From assembly GCA_003243965.1 (NCBI GenBank), contig QHBO01000045.1, forward strand, positions 38,552 to 102,551: 64,000 nucleotides of DNA, read 5' to 3'. The translations under genes and the position numbers were made by a program. Within the stretch, counting starts at the first letter, position 1; each line of letters begins with the position of its first letter. Below are positions 1-8,719 of the stretch, in pieces. The notes under the pieces are model-generated. The model saw nothing but the letters and a program-made list of their open reading frames with translations. It did no database searches and was not told the DNA's origin. This DNA is from Chloroflexota bacterium. GTDB lineage: Bacteria > Chloroflexota > Limnocylindria > QHBO01.

Positions 1-240
1 CATCGGGGTCAGGGTCGAGACGTCCTCGATGCGCATCGCCATCGCCAGGAACATGACCACCACGATCAGCAGCATCCCGCCCATCGTCGGCGTGCCCGCC
101 TTGCTGAAATGGCCTTCAGGCCCGTCGATCCGAATCTGCTTGCCGTAGCCGAGGCGCTGGAGCAGCGAGATGTACAGCGGTCCGAGCAGGACCACGCCGC
201 CAAAGGCCAGGATGAGCGCCAGCAGGATGGTCAGCATCGG
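1..240 (-). CDS. mraY: phospho-N-acetylmuramoyl-pentapeptide transferase MraY, N-terminal ~80 aa only (gene runs off the window start)
   Basis: The reverse complement of 1-240 translates from ATG at 240 as MLTILLALILAFGGVVLLGPLYISLLQRLGYGKQIRIDGPEGHFSKAGTPTMGGMLLIV..., a canonical MraY N-terminus. Its start overlaps the murF stop, the usual dcw-cluster order. Confidence 0.8.
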
Positions 241-1709
241 GCCTGACCGATGGCGCTCGGGGCTCCCGGGCTCGCCGAGCCTCTGTCGCTGAGCGCATCG
301 ACCAACCGCTCGAGCCCGATGCCACGCGAGGCTTTGACCAGTACCAGGTCGCCCACGGACGGGGCCAGGGTGCGCTCCACCATCGCGACCGCGTCGAGCG
401 CATCGTCCGCGGTCCCGACACGGCGCAAGCCGGCGGCCTGTGCCGCCTCTGCAATCCAGCGCGCGCGCGGGCCGACGGCGACCAGGCCGCTGACGGTCCG
501 TGCGGCGAGCTCGCCCACCTCGCGGTGGCGTCGCTCCTCGTCGGGGCCCAGCTCCAGCATGTCGCCGAGCACCGCCAGCCGTCGCCGGCCGGCGGGGATC
601 GGCGTCTCGGCCAGGAACCGCAGCGCCGCGGCGACCGAGACCGGCGACGCGTTGTACGCGTCGTCGACGATGGTGGCGCCGCTCCCCGCCTCCACGACCG
701 CCATGCGGTGCGCCGCGCGGCTTCCGACCGCGAGCGCCGCCTCGACCTCGTCGAGCGGGACGGCGAAGCGCTCCGCCACGGCGATGGCGGCCAGCGCGTG
801 GGGCACGAGGTGGCGCCCCGGTGTGGCGCTCAGCATCCGGCGTTCCGCCCACGGCGCGCGAAGCGTGAACGCCGTGCCGCGCAGGCCCATCGGCTCCACG
901 TCGGTGGCGCGCACGTCCGCGGCCTGGCCAAGGCCAAAGGTGCGGACCATGGCCCGCGTCACGTCCCGCATCGCGGCCACGCGATCGTCGTCGGCATTCA
1001 GCACGGCCAGGCCGTCGGCCGGCAGCGCGGCCGCCAGCTCCGCCTTGGCCTGCGCGATGCGCTCGATGCTGCCCGCCCGCTCGAGATGGGTGGGATGCAC
1101 GGCGAGCACCACGCCGACCTCTGGCCGGGCGATCTCCGCCAGGCGCGCGATCTCGTTGAGCGTGTACATGCTCATCTCCAGGACCGCCACGTCGTGGTGC
1201 GGTTCAAGGCGGAGGAGGGTGAGCGGAAGGCCGGTCTCGCTGTTCAGGTTGCCCTCGTTGCGCAGGACGGCGAGCGTGCGGCCCAGGACGTCGGCCACGA
1301 TCTCCTTGGCGATCGTCTTTCCGGTCGAGCCGGTGATCCCCACCACGCGGACCGACGATTCGGAACGCCACCACGCGGCGAGATCCTGAAGCGCCCGGAG
1401 CGAGTCGGGCACCTGAACGATCGCCACCGCCGGCGAGGGAGCGCGGAGCGGCCCCTCGACGACCGCCACCGTCGCGCCGGCGGCCAGCGCCTCGGGCACG
1501 AAGCGGTGCCCATCGGTCTGCTCGCCGCGCAGGGCGAAGAAGCACGAGCCGGGCGTGGCACGTCGCGAATCGACCGCGCCGGATCGGAAGGAGGTGACGT
1601 CGGTGGCCCCGAGCAGGTGGCCGCCGGTAGCGGCGATCAGGTCGTCGAGGCGGATCGGCGGAGGCACAAGGCTACCTGCGGATGCTGGTCGGGAGTCTAG
1701 CAGCCTCAC
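231..1709 (-). CDS. murF: UDP-N-acetylmuramoyl-tripeptide--D-alanyl-D-alanine ligase
   Basis: 492-aa ORF with a Mur-ligase fold and a MurF-like N-terminus (LDDLIAATGGHLLG). Position between the PBP and mraY fits the dcw cluster. Confidence 0.85.
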   Translation of the reverse strand: MRLLDSRPASAGSLVPPPIRLDDLIAATGGHLLGATDVTSFRSGAVDSRRATPGSCFFALRGEQTDGHRFVPEALAAGATVAVVEGPLRAPSPAVAIVQVPDSLRALQDLAAWWRSESSVRVVGITGSTGKTIAKEIVADVLGRTLAVLRNEGNLNSETGLPLTLLRLEPHHDVAVLEMSMYTLNEIARLAEIARPEVGVVLAVHPTHLERAGSIERIAQAKAELAAALPADGLAVLNADDDRVAAMRDVTRAMVRTFGLGQAADVRATDVEPMGLRGTAFTLRAPWAERRMLSATPGRHLVPHALAAIAVAERFAVPLDEVEAALAVGSRAAHRMAVVEAGSGATIVDDAYNASPVSVAAALRFLAETPIPAGRRRLAVLGDMLELGPDEERRHREVGELAARTVSGLVAVGPRARWIAEAAQAAGLRRVGTADDALDAVAMVERTLAPSVGDLVLVKASRGIGLERLVDALSDRGSASPGAPSAIGQARC

Positions 1710-3565
1710 CGGCTGGCGACCGGACCGGTCGGGCGGTCGGGCGGGATGGCGAGGTAGTCGAGCATCTGCGGCGCGAAGGTTCTGAACACCGCCTCGGGCC
1801 GCTCAGCCATCTGGTAGAGGCCCCACACCGCGGGCTTGTGGATCAGGATCAGGGTCACGAGCTGCGGATCGCCGGCCGGCGTGACGCCGATGAAGCTGGA
1901 GTCGATCCAGCGGGGCACGTAGCGGTACACGGTGGTGAGCTTCCCGTCGGCTCCTCTGACCTGGACCGGGCCTGCGATCTCGGCGGTGCCGGTCTTGCCC
2001 GCCACGGAGTAACCAGCCAGCGATCCGCCCTTGGCGATCCCCTTGTCCACCGAGTCGGTGAGCATCCCGAGGACCGTCCGCGCCGTCGCTTGGCGCATGA
2101 TCCGCTCGCCGGCCTTCAGGTCGTTGGGGTGATAGGACCCGTCCGGCATGGACCAACCGGCAATGACGTGGGGCGTCACCATCGTCCCGCCGTTGGCGAT
2201 CGCCGCATACCCCGCCGCGAGCTGCACCGCCGTGACGCTGATCCCCTGCCCGAACGAGTTCTGCGCGGTGGTCAGGTTGCCCGACGCGTTGGGGCTGCGG
2301 GGATCCCAGACCTGCCCTGCGGCCTCCCCCGCCAGCTCGATCCCGGTCGGTGATCCGAAGCCGAAGCGCCGGAACGCTTCGTACAACCTGTCGCCGCCCA
2401 GCGTCAGCCCGATCTTTGCGGCTCCCACGTTGTTCGAGAGCTGCAGCACCTTGGCCGCCGTGATCGGACCGTGGCCCCACGGGAACCAATACCGGTCGGC
2501 GTTCTGGATGCGCACCCCGCCCACCTGCAGGTTGTTGTTGTCGACGACGGTCTGGGTCGTGGAGATCGCCCCGGCGTCGAGGGCAGCCGACACCGTGAAT
2601 GCCTTCATCACCGAACCGGGCTCGTACTGGCGGCTGACCGCAGGGTTGGAGAACCGCTGCGGATCGGTGCTGGCGTAGCGGTTGGCGTCGAATGAGGGGA
2701 AGCTGGCCATGGCCACGATCGCACCGGTCTTGACGTTCATCACCAGGCCGGTCACTCCCTCGGCGCGGTTGCGCTTGAACGTCTCGAGCATCGTCGCCTC
2801 GAGCAGGTGCTGCACGCCGGCGTCGATGGTGAGCGTCAGGTTTGCCCCGTTGACCGGGGGCCTGAGCTGGGCGACCGAGTCGGCGATCCGCCGCCCGGTG
2901 ACGTCCTGCTGGGCGTCGACCAGCCCCGGCTGTCCCGCCAGCAGCGCGTCTTCCGACTGTTCAACGCCGTACCGGCCGGCCCCGTTGACGTCCACGTACC
3001 CGAGCACCTGCGCGGCGATCGTGGTCCCTGCCGCGACGCCCACCACCGGGTAGCTGCGCTGCGGCTCGGCGAGCATTCCGACGCCGGGAAGCGCGAGGGC
3101 GCGAACGCGCTGCGCCATCTGATCGTCGATCCGGCGCTTGATCCAGACCCAGGGGCTGTGGCTGGTGAGCTTGGCGCGCACCACCTCGATCGGCATGTCG
3201 AGGACGCTGGCCAGCAGGGCCGCAGAACTCTCCGGATCCTTGACCGTCGGGGGGGTGACGTAGACCGATTGGACCTGTACCGATGTGGCGAGCAGATCGC
3301 CGTTCGCGTCGCGGATCTCGCCCCGCTGCGCGGGAATCTTCTGCACCTGTGCGAGTTGCTGCAGCGCCATCCCGCCCAGCCGCCCCTGCTCGATCACCTG
3401 CCACCACACCAGACGCGCGGCGATCCCGCCCGCCACCAGCGTGGCGCAGATCAGGAGGACCAGGGCGCGGGCACGACTGTCGGTCCTTGCGAGCATGCGT
3501 CTCCCCGGCCGCGACTCTACGCCGCGGCGGCTGTCAGTTTCCGTGTGCGATCGACGTTCCGGCAA
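1706..3565 (-). CDS. ftsI: class B penicillin-binding protein, FtsI-like peptidoglycan transpeptidase
   Basis: 619-aa ORF with an N-terminal TM segment and PBP dimerisation plus transpeptidase regions. It sits in the dcw cluster between ftsL and murF. The start is uncertain: M1 at 3565 overlaps ftsL, and M at 3496 is an alternative. Confidence 0.8.
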   Translation of the reverse strand: MPERRSHTETDSRRGVESRPGRRMLARTDSRARALVLLICATLVAGGIAARLVWWQVIEQGRLGGMALQQLAQVQKIPAQRGEIRDANGDLLATSVQVQSVYVTPPTVKDPESSAALLASVLDMPIEVVRAKLTSHSPWVWIKRRIDDQMAQRVRALALPGVGMLAEPQRSYPVVGVAAGTTIAAQVLGYVDVNGAGRYGVEQSEDALLAGQPGLVDAQQDVTGRRIADSVAQLRPPVNGANLTLTIDAGVQHLLEATMLETFKRNRAEGVTGLVMNVKTGAIVAMASFPSFDANRYASTDPQRFSNPAVSRQYEPGSVMKAFTVSAALDAGAISTTQTVVDNNNLQVGGVRIQNADRYWFPWGHGPITAAKVLQLSNNVGAAKIGLTLGGDRLYEAFRRFGFGSPTGIELAGEAAGQVWDPRSPNASGNLTTAQNSFGQGISVTAVQLAAGYAAIANGGTMVTPHVIAGWSMPDGSYHPNDLKAGERIMRQATARTVLGMLTDSVDKGIAKGGSLAGYSVAGKTGTAEIAGPVQVRGADGKLTTVYRYVPRWIDSSFIGVTPAGDPQLVTLILIHKPAVWGLYQMAERPEAVFRTFAPQMLDYLAIPPDRPTGPVASR

Positions 3566-3941
3566 AGCGGACGACGGTCTGGTCGAGTGGCACGAGCCCG
3601 AGCTGGGACCGAGCGCGCGCGCCGATGTCCGACGCAGAGCGCGCCTGTCCGATCTGCGCGATCAGCGCCTGCTGCTCCGCCTGCAGCTCGCCGAGTCGGC
3701 TCTGGAGCGTGTCGATCTGGTACCCGGTGGCGGCCACGTGCGCCGACTGGGAGAGATAGAAGAGCGCCAGCCCGGCGGCGGCGGCGATGGCCAGCAGGAA
3801 TCCCGACACGCTGCTGATCTCACGCCCGTGGCGTCGCGTCCCGGGCCGTCGTCCGGCGCGCGTCGTGCGCCGCGGGCGCACGGGCAGGCGCCGACCGAAG
3901 ATCGGGAACGTGCTGACCGGGCGTGCTCCAGCGACGGCCAT
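3534..3941 (-). CDS. ftsL: FtsL-like cell division protein (septum formation initiator)
   Basis: 135 aa with a basic N-terminus, one TM helix (FLLAIAAAAGLALFYL), then a coiled-coil (IDTLQSRLGELQAEQQALIAQIG). Located between rsmH and the PBP. Confidence 0.55.
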   Translation of the reverse strand: MAVAGARPVSTFPIFGRRLPVRPRRTTRAGRRPGTRRHGREISSVSGFLLAIAAAAGLALFYLSQSAHVAATGYQIDTLQSRLGELQAEQQALIAQIGQARSASDIGARARSQLGLVPLDQTVVRFAGTSIAHGN

Positions 3942-3944
3942 CGG

Positions 3945-4175
3945 TCAGGCGGCCGTGCTGCGCGGGATCCCGGACGACGTGGGGGACTCGAAATCGAGCT
4001 GCTCTTCGATGTCGACCGCGAGCGCCCCGTCCGAGAGCCAGTGGCTCTCCTCGCGCTGCGTGTGGAGCCGACGCTCACGCAGCTCGCGCTGCCGCGCCTG
4101 GTACATCCGACGTCGGCTCGCCTGGTGGCGCGGCCGTCCTCTGCTCATCCCGCTCCTCCTGCCCGATGCATCCAT
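3945..4175 (-). CDS. hypothetical small protein (76 aa), basic N-terminus and acidic C-terminus
   Basis: The ORF exactly fills the 234-bp gap between ftsL and rsmH and has high GC3. No recognisable domain. Confidence 0.3.
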   Translation of the reverse strand: MDASGRRSGMSRGRPRHQASRRRMYQARQRELRERRLHTQREESHWLSDGALAVDIEEQLDFESPTSSGIPRSTAA

Positions 4176-5173
4176 TAGGCGGCGGCACTCGCCGGCGCCA
4201 GCTTCTCGGCGACGCGCAGCTTTGCGCTGCGTGCGCGACGGTTCCGGGCGACCTCTGCGGCGCCGGGCGTGACGACTCGCTTGGTGATCGGGCGCAGCTG
4301 CGCCCGATGGCCGCAGGTGCAGGCGGGCGGCAGCGGCTCCTCGATGCAGTCGCGGCTCTCCCGTGCGATGAAGCGTTTAACGATGCGGTCCTCGAGCGAG
4401 TGGTAGCTGATGACCGCCATTCGGCCGCCGGGACGCAGGACGGCAAGTGCCCCCGCCAGGGCGCCGGGGAGGACCTCGAGCTCATGGTTGACCGCGATGC
4501 GGAGCGCCTGGAACGTGCGCGTCGCCGGATGCAGCCGCTGCCCGGCCCGACCCGACGGGAACGGCACCGCGGCGGAGACGACGTCGGCGAGATCAGCGGC
4601 GCTCACCAGCCGCCCTTCCGCACGCGCCGCCAGGATCGCCTTCGCGATGCGGCCAGCACGGCGCTCCTCACCAAACGTCGCGAGGATTCCGGCGAGCTCT
4701 CGCTGCGAGGTGCGATCGATGAGCTCGAGAGCCGATAGGCCGGCCGTTTCATCGAACCTCATGTCCGGCGGCGCGGGCGCCGCGAAGCTGAATCCCCGGG
4801 CGCCGTCCGCCAGCTGGTAGCTGGAGAGGCCCAGGTCGAAGAGGACGCCATCGAGCCGCAGGAACTGCTCGGCAGTCGCGACGTCGAGGAGCGAGGCGAA
4901 GTTGGCCTGGCGCAGCACGACCCGGTCGCCGAAGCGAGCCAGGGTGCGCGATGCCTCCGCGATGGCCGCCCGATCGGCATCGAGGCCAAGCAGACGACCA
5001 TCCGGAGACGAGGCCTCCAGGAGCCGCTCAGCGTGCCCACCGCCGCCGACCGTGCAGTCCGCCACGGAGCTGCCCGCCCCGACGCCGAGCGAGGAAACGA
5101 CCTCGTCGACGAGGACCGGCAGGTGCCCTTCTCCCATCTGCGGCTGCACCTCTGTGGTCGACCTGCGGGCCAA
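4175..5173 (-). CDS. rsmH: 16S rRNA (cytosine1402-N4)-methyltransferase RsmH (MraW)
   Basis: 332 aa with a SAM-MTase GxGGHxxxxL motif (DCTVGGGGHAERLL) and an MraW-family C-terminus. Second gene of the dcw cluster. Confidence 0.9.
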   Translation of the reverse strand: MARRSTTEVQPQMGEGHLPVLVDEVVSSLGVGAGSSVADCTVGGGGHAERLLEASSPDGRLLGLDADRAAIAEASRTLARFGDRVVLRQANFASLLDVATAEQFLRLDGVLFDLGLSSYQLADGARGFSFAAPAPPDMRFDETAGLSALELIDRTSQRELAGILATFGEERRAGRIAKAILAARAEGRLVSAADLADVVSAAVPFPSGRAGQRLHPATRTFQALRIAVNHELEVLPGALAGALAVLRPGGRMAVISYHSLEDRIVKRFIARESRDCIEEPLPPACTCGHRAQLRPITKRVVTPGAAEVARNRRARSAKLRVAEKLAPASAAA

Positions 5174-5227
5174 GCGGCCCCTGGACGCATGAATGGCGCG
5201 CTCGAGACGTTCATCCGTCGCGCCGCG

Positions 5228-5677
5228 CTAGATACCGAGGTCCTCGAGGTGCTCGGCGAGCTCCTCGGGGGCGTCCTCGATCTTCGATCGGTAGGGCTGC
5301 CAGGCGCTCGGCGCCCAGATCTCGAGACGGTTCAATGCGCCCACGACCACGACCTCGCCGACCTGCAGGCCGGCGTACTCGCGGAGGTAGGCCGGGACGA
5401 GCAAGCGTCCCTGCCGGTCGAGCTCGGCGTCCACCGCGCCGGAGGACATGAACCGGGCGAACTCCCGCGCCCGCGGGTTGGTCAGTGGCAGGCCCCGAAG
5501 CTTGGCCGCCAGGTCGCCCCACTCCTCGTGGGGAAAGACCGCGAGGCAGCCGTCCAACCAGCGCGCCAGCGTGGCGCCCTCCGCCAGCCGAGCTCGGAAC
5601 CGCATCGGCACCGCAACCCGCCCGCGATCGTCGAGGGCGTGGCGGTACTCGCCGGTGAGAAACGCTGGTCGATCCAT
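5228..5677 (-). CDS. mraZ: transcriptional regulator MraZ
   Basis: 149 aa with duplicated MraZ/SpoVT-AbrB halves (DDRGRVAVPMRFR ... DRQGRLLVPAYLREY). First gene of the dcw cluster, with a GAAGG RBS 8 nt upstream. Confidence 0.9.
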   Translation of the reverse strand: MDRPAFLTGEYRHALDDRGRVAVPMRFRARLAEGATLARWLDGCLAVFPHEEWGDLAAKLRGLPLTNPRAREFARFMSSGAVDAELDRQGRLLVPAYLREYAGLQVGEVVVVGALNRLEIWAPSAWQPYRSKIEDAPEELAEHLEDLGI

Positions 5678-5695
5678 TCAGGCCTTCTACCACTG

Positions 5696-5725
5696 CTCCC
5701 CACATGGCCCCACTTTGCCCCACAG
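5696..5725 (-). promoter_or_regulatory. putative MraZ operator: three GTGGGG direct repeats at 10-bp periodicity in the mraZ leader
   Basis: Minus strand reads TGTGGGGcaaagTGGGGccatgTGGGGagcag, 20-50 nt upstream of the mraZ ATG. This matches the known MraZ box architecture of GTGGG repeats with 5-nt spacers. Confidence 0.5.
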
Positions 5726-5792
5726 GGCGCCATCATACAGGCCAGCTTCTCCCCGTCAAGGGGATTTCTGCACTTGGGCTGGCGGCGCGAAT

Positions 5793-5840
5793 CGCCGCGG
5801 AGCGCCGAGCGCGGCGTATCGCGGAGCGCCGAGCGCGGCG
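5793..5840. repeat. tandem direct repeat, 2 x 24 bp (tatcGCGGAGCGCCGAGCGCGGCG)
   Basis: GCGGAGCGCCGAGCGCGGCG occurs at 5797-5816 and 5821-5840. It lies in the intergenic region upstream of the mraZ promoter. Confidence 0.6.
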
Positions 5841-5853
5841 CATCGGGAAAGCG

Positions 5854-6759
5854 CTACAGCTGGCTGTCGGGCAGTCGCTCCGAGCTTGTCCGCCCGTCGG
5901 ATCGACGGAAGATCTTGCTCACCCCGAACGGCCCGGAGCGGCCCGCCACGTACGAGTAGCCGGAGTAGAACCCCTCAGTAAGCTGCCAGTAGCGCTGGCC
6001 GTTCGCGGCCGTGAGACGTTCGGCAGGGCCCTGGGAGTTGGCGCTGAAGAGCACGACGCGACCATCGGTCAACCCGCCATCCGACCCGACGTGGAAGATC
6101 GTGTACTCGCGCGCGGCCACGGTCACCGCATAGTGGTCAAAGACGTCGCCGGCCGCGGGCGTCGGCACTGGGGTGACCGAAACGGTCGGTCCCGGGCGAC
6201 CGGTCGGCGATGTCGTCGAGCTCGGGCTCCCGAAGACGGCCACCGGGCTGCGGCTCGCGAAGACGGCCACTGCGCCGCCGACGAGCAGGAGGCCGATGAG
6301 CAGGGCGGCGGCCACCGGCACCCACCGCCGGTGGCGCTCCTCGTCCCGACCCGCGGGGCCGGTTCGCGTGCTCGGCGACCTGGATGGAGCCCTGTCGGTG
6401 GGTGCGGGCCGAGGCGGGGCGGCCGCGGGCACCGCAGCCGCCGGTCGGCGCAGCGCCCCGAGCTCCTCGCTCGGGATGACGAGCACGCCGCGCAGGTAAC
6501 GAGGGCAATTGCTGTAGCCGCGCTGCAGGCAGATGCGGCTCTGCTGCTCATCGGAAAGCGGTGCCGGCTCTCCAGAGGCGTAGCAACGGTGCTCGGGGTT
6601 CGCCTCGGGCTGGTACCCGGTCCGCTCCTCGGCGGTGCCCAGGAACGGGCAGACCGTCTCGGGACGCAGCGCGAGCTGCTCGAAGAGCTTCCCGCGCGCG
6701 CTCTCGCGCGCAGCATCCGCTGCGTCGGCTTCCCGGCCGCGCCTGTGTCTTCCGAACAA
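5854..6759 (-). CDS. hypothetical membrane-anchored protein with an N-terminal Cys-rich (putative zinc-binding) region
   Basis: 301 aa. The N-terminus has CPFLG..HRCY..ICLQRGYSNCPRY (4 Cys + His), followed by a Pro-rich linker, one TM helix (VPVAAALLIGLLLVGGAVAVFA) and an extracytoplasmic C-terminal domain. No family recognised. Confidence 0.5.
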   Translation of the reverse strand: MFGRHRRGREADAADAARESARGKLFEQLALRPETVCPFLGTAEERTGYQPEANPEHRCYASGEPAPLSDEQQSRICLQRGYSNCPRYLRGVLVIPSEELGALRRPAAAVPAAAPPRPAPTDRAPSRSPSTRTGPAGRDEERHRRWVPVAAALLIGLLLVGGAVAVFASRSPVAVFGSPSSTTSPTGRPGPTVSVTPVPTPAAGDVFDHYAVTVAAREYTIFHVGSDGGLTDGRVVLFSANSQGPAERLTAANGQRYWQLTEGFYSGYSYVAGRSGPFGVSKIFRRSDGRTSSERLPDSQL

Positions 6760-7218
6760 CAGCTGCTCCTTGCGCTCCCCGCTTCGCGGCGATGTCCGGT
6801 TCGAGTCTAGGCAGCGACCCGGACGCAGAACACGGCACTGCAGGACCGTGCGCCGCAGTACGAATTGATCATTGAGGTCCGGGGGACCTGGCTCCTAGCC
6901 TCCTGACACGGCCCGCCACTCGAGCGGCCGGTCCAACCTCTGTCAAGGCGTGACGAGAAGGGGACGCGTGGCCCTCAAACCGATCGAACAACCTACGCGG
7001 CGCCCGATTCCGCGCCAGGGCCAGATTCGTCGCTGCCGCGTGCGCCACGTCACCCTGCTGCCGGCCGGCGCGGATGCCCGTGTCCAGGTCGACTGCCTGC
7101 TCGGCGGCATCGACTACCCGCTCCCGCTCGGGACCATGGATGAGGCGCGGCCGATCTGCAACGCCTGCACGGCGAGGACGGTATGGCGCGACGACGAGGC
7201 CTGAACCGACCGACTGAG

Positions 7219-7540
7219 TAGGCCCTGGAGAGCGGCCTGTAAGCCGAGTTCTGTGCCGGACCGGGTCGGTCCGGTGACGGCCATCCATCTGCGCGACCTA
7301 CCCGAGGGCTGAGCGAGCAGCCTGCTGCGGCGCGAACGCCGCCTTGCGCCCTCCTATTCGGTCTTGCTCCGGCTCGAGCTTGCCGCGTTTCACTCCCGCT
7401 TGCGCGGGTATCGTCACTGTGGCGCTGGTCCTCGCCTCGCGGCGGACGGGCGTTACCCGCGAACCTGCTCTGTGGAGCTCGGACTTTCCTCGAAGGACCG
7501 ATGCCTCGCGGCCCGATCCCCCGCGGCCGTCCGGCCGCCT
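7219..7540 (-). ncRNA. rnpB: RNase P RNA (rnpB), bacterial type-A-like and compact (~320 nt)
   Basis: The minus strand carries the universal motifs GAGGAAAGUCCGAGCUCCACAG (P4 5' strand, + coordinates 7470-7491), GGUAACGCCCG, GCGCAAGCGGGAGUGAAACGCGG, CAAGACCGAAUAGGAGGG and ACAGAACUCGGCUUA (+ 7240-7254). P1 pairs CCCUGGAGGCGGCC (7523-7536) with GGCCGCUCUCCAGGG (7223-7237). Ends are +/-10 nt. Confidence 0.75.
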
Positions 7541-7608
7541 CCAGGGACCCCGAGTGTACCGGACTCCGGTGGACAGGCTCAACGCGCGACGTCTGAGGCG
7601 TCGCCGAT

Positions 7609-8004
7609 CTATCGCCGGTCCTGGTCGATGGCCACGTTGCTCAGCCGGTCGGCGTCCCGGTTCAGCTCCCGCGGGACGTGGCCCACGGTGTACCCGGAAA
7701 AGCGCGAGAGGAGACGCATCACGCGGGCGTGGATCGGCTTCAGGTCCGCGTGCCGGACGCGGTACTGCCCGGTGATCTGGCGCGCGACGAGCTGCGAGTC
7801 CATGCGCAGGTCGACGTGCGTCGCGCCCAGCCGGAGCGCCTCCTCGAGCGCGGCCTCGACCGCGGTCCATTCGGCGTAGTTGTTGGTGCGAATCCCCAGG
7901 AAGCGGGCGAGCTCGGATACCACGCCCCCGTCGGGCGTGCGCAGCACGGCGCCGAGCCCGGCGGGCCCGGGGTTGCCCCGGGCGGCGCCATCGGTGTGGA
8001 TCAC
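7609..8004 (-). CDS. rnhA: ribonuclease HI
   Basis: 131 aa with RNase H motifs: the MIHTDGAARGNPGPAG start, TNNYAEWTA, and a C-terminal NRDADRL. Confidence 0.8.
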   Translation of the reverse strand: MIHTDGAARGNPGPAGLGAVLRTPDGGVVSELARFLGIRTNNYAEWTAVEAALEEALRLGATHVDLRMDSQLVARQITGQYRVRHADLKPIHARVMRLLSRFSGYTVGHVPRELNRDADRLSNVAIDQDRR

Positions 8005-8011
8005 CAGGCGG

Positions 8012-8716
8012 TCAGCCGACGTGGCGATGCTCGATCTCCCTGGTCACCTCGAGGATCGCGCGGGTGATGTTGATCCCCTTGGGACAGGCCTCCACGCAGT
8101 TGAAGACGGTCCGGCAGCGCCACACGCCGTCCGCATCGGCCATGATCTCCAGCCGCTCCTCGCTCGCCGTGTCGCGGCTGTCGAAGATGAACCGGTGGGC
8201 GTTGACGATCGCCGCGGGACCCACGTAATCCCGGTTGGTCCAGAAGACGGGGCAACCGGTGGTGCAGGCCGCGCACAGGATGCACTTGGTGGTGTCGTCG
8301 AAGCGCTCCCGCTCTTCGGGTGACTGGCGACGCTCGCGACCGTCCTCGGGAATCTCGTCGTTGACCAGGAACGGCATCACCGATCGGTACTTGTCCCAGA
8401 ACGGCTCCATGTCGACCAGCAGGTCCTTGACGACCGGCACGCCCCGGATCGGCTCGACGCTGATGCGGCTGCCCGCGTCCTGCACCAGGTACTCGCAGGC
8501 GAGGCGGTTGCGCCCGTTGATCAGCATCGCGTCGGACCCGCACACGCCGTGCGCACAGGAGCGTCGGAAGGTGAGCGTGCCGTCGACGTACCACTTCACA
8601 TGGTGCAGGAGGTTGAGGACCGGGTCGGTCGGCTCTGCCGCGATCCGATAGCTCTCCCAGTGCGAGGCCTCATCGGTCTCCGGGTTGAAGCGGAGGATCC
8701 GCAGCTCGACGTCCAT
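8012..8716 (-). CDS. sdhB: succinate dehydrogenase / fumarate reductase iron-sulfur subunit
   Basis: 234 aa with a 2Fe-2S region (CAHGVCGSDAMLINGRNRLAC) and 4Fe-4S / 3Fe-4S cysteine clusters (CILCAACTTGCP ... CRTVFNCVEACPKG). Confidence 0.9.
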   Translation of the reverse strand: MDVELRILRFNPETDEASHWESYRIAAEPTDPVLNLLHHVKWYVDGTLTFRRSCAHGVCGSDAMLINGRNRLACEYLVQDAGSRISVEPIRGVPVVKDLLVDMEPFWDKYRSVMPFLVNDEIPEDGRERRQSPEERERFDDTTKCILCAACTTGCPVFWTNRDYVGPAAIVNAHRFIFDSRDTASEERLEIMADADGVWRCRTVFNCVEACPKGINITRAILEVTREIEHRHVG

Positions 8717-8719
8717 CGG

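Noticed and set aside
250-1700. Long + strand ORFs (250..1389, 525..1700) antisense to murF
   Set aside because: Arg/Ala/Pro-rich low-complexity translations typical of wrong-frame ORFs in ~70% GC DNA. They overlap a confidently identified murF on the other strand.
6869-7879. ORFs 6869..7288(-), 7298..7870(-), 7344..7775(+), 7364..7879(+) in the rnpB region
   Set aside because: They overlap the RNase P RNA and rnhA. The region is better explained as a structured RNA gene.
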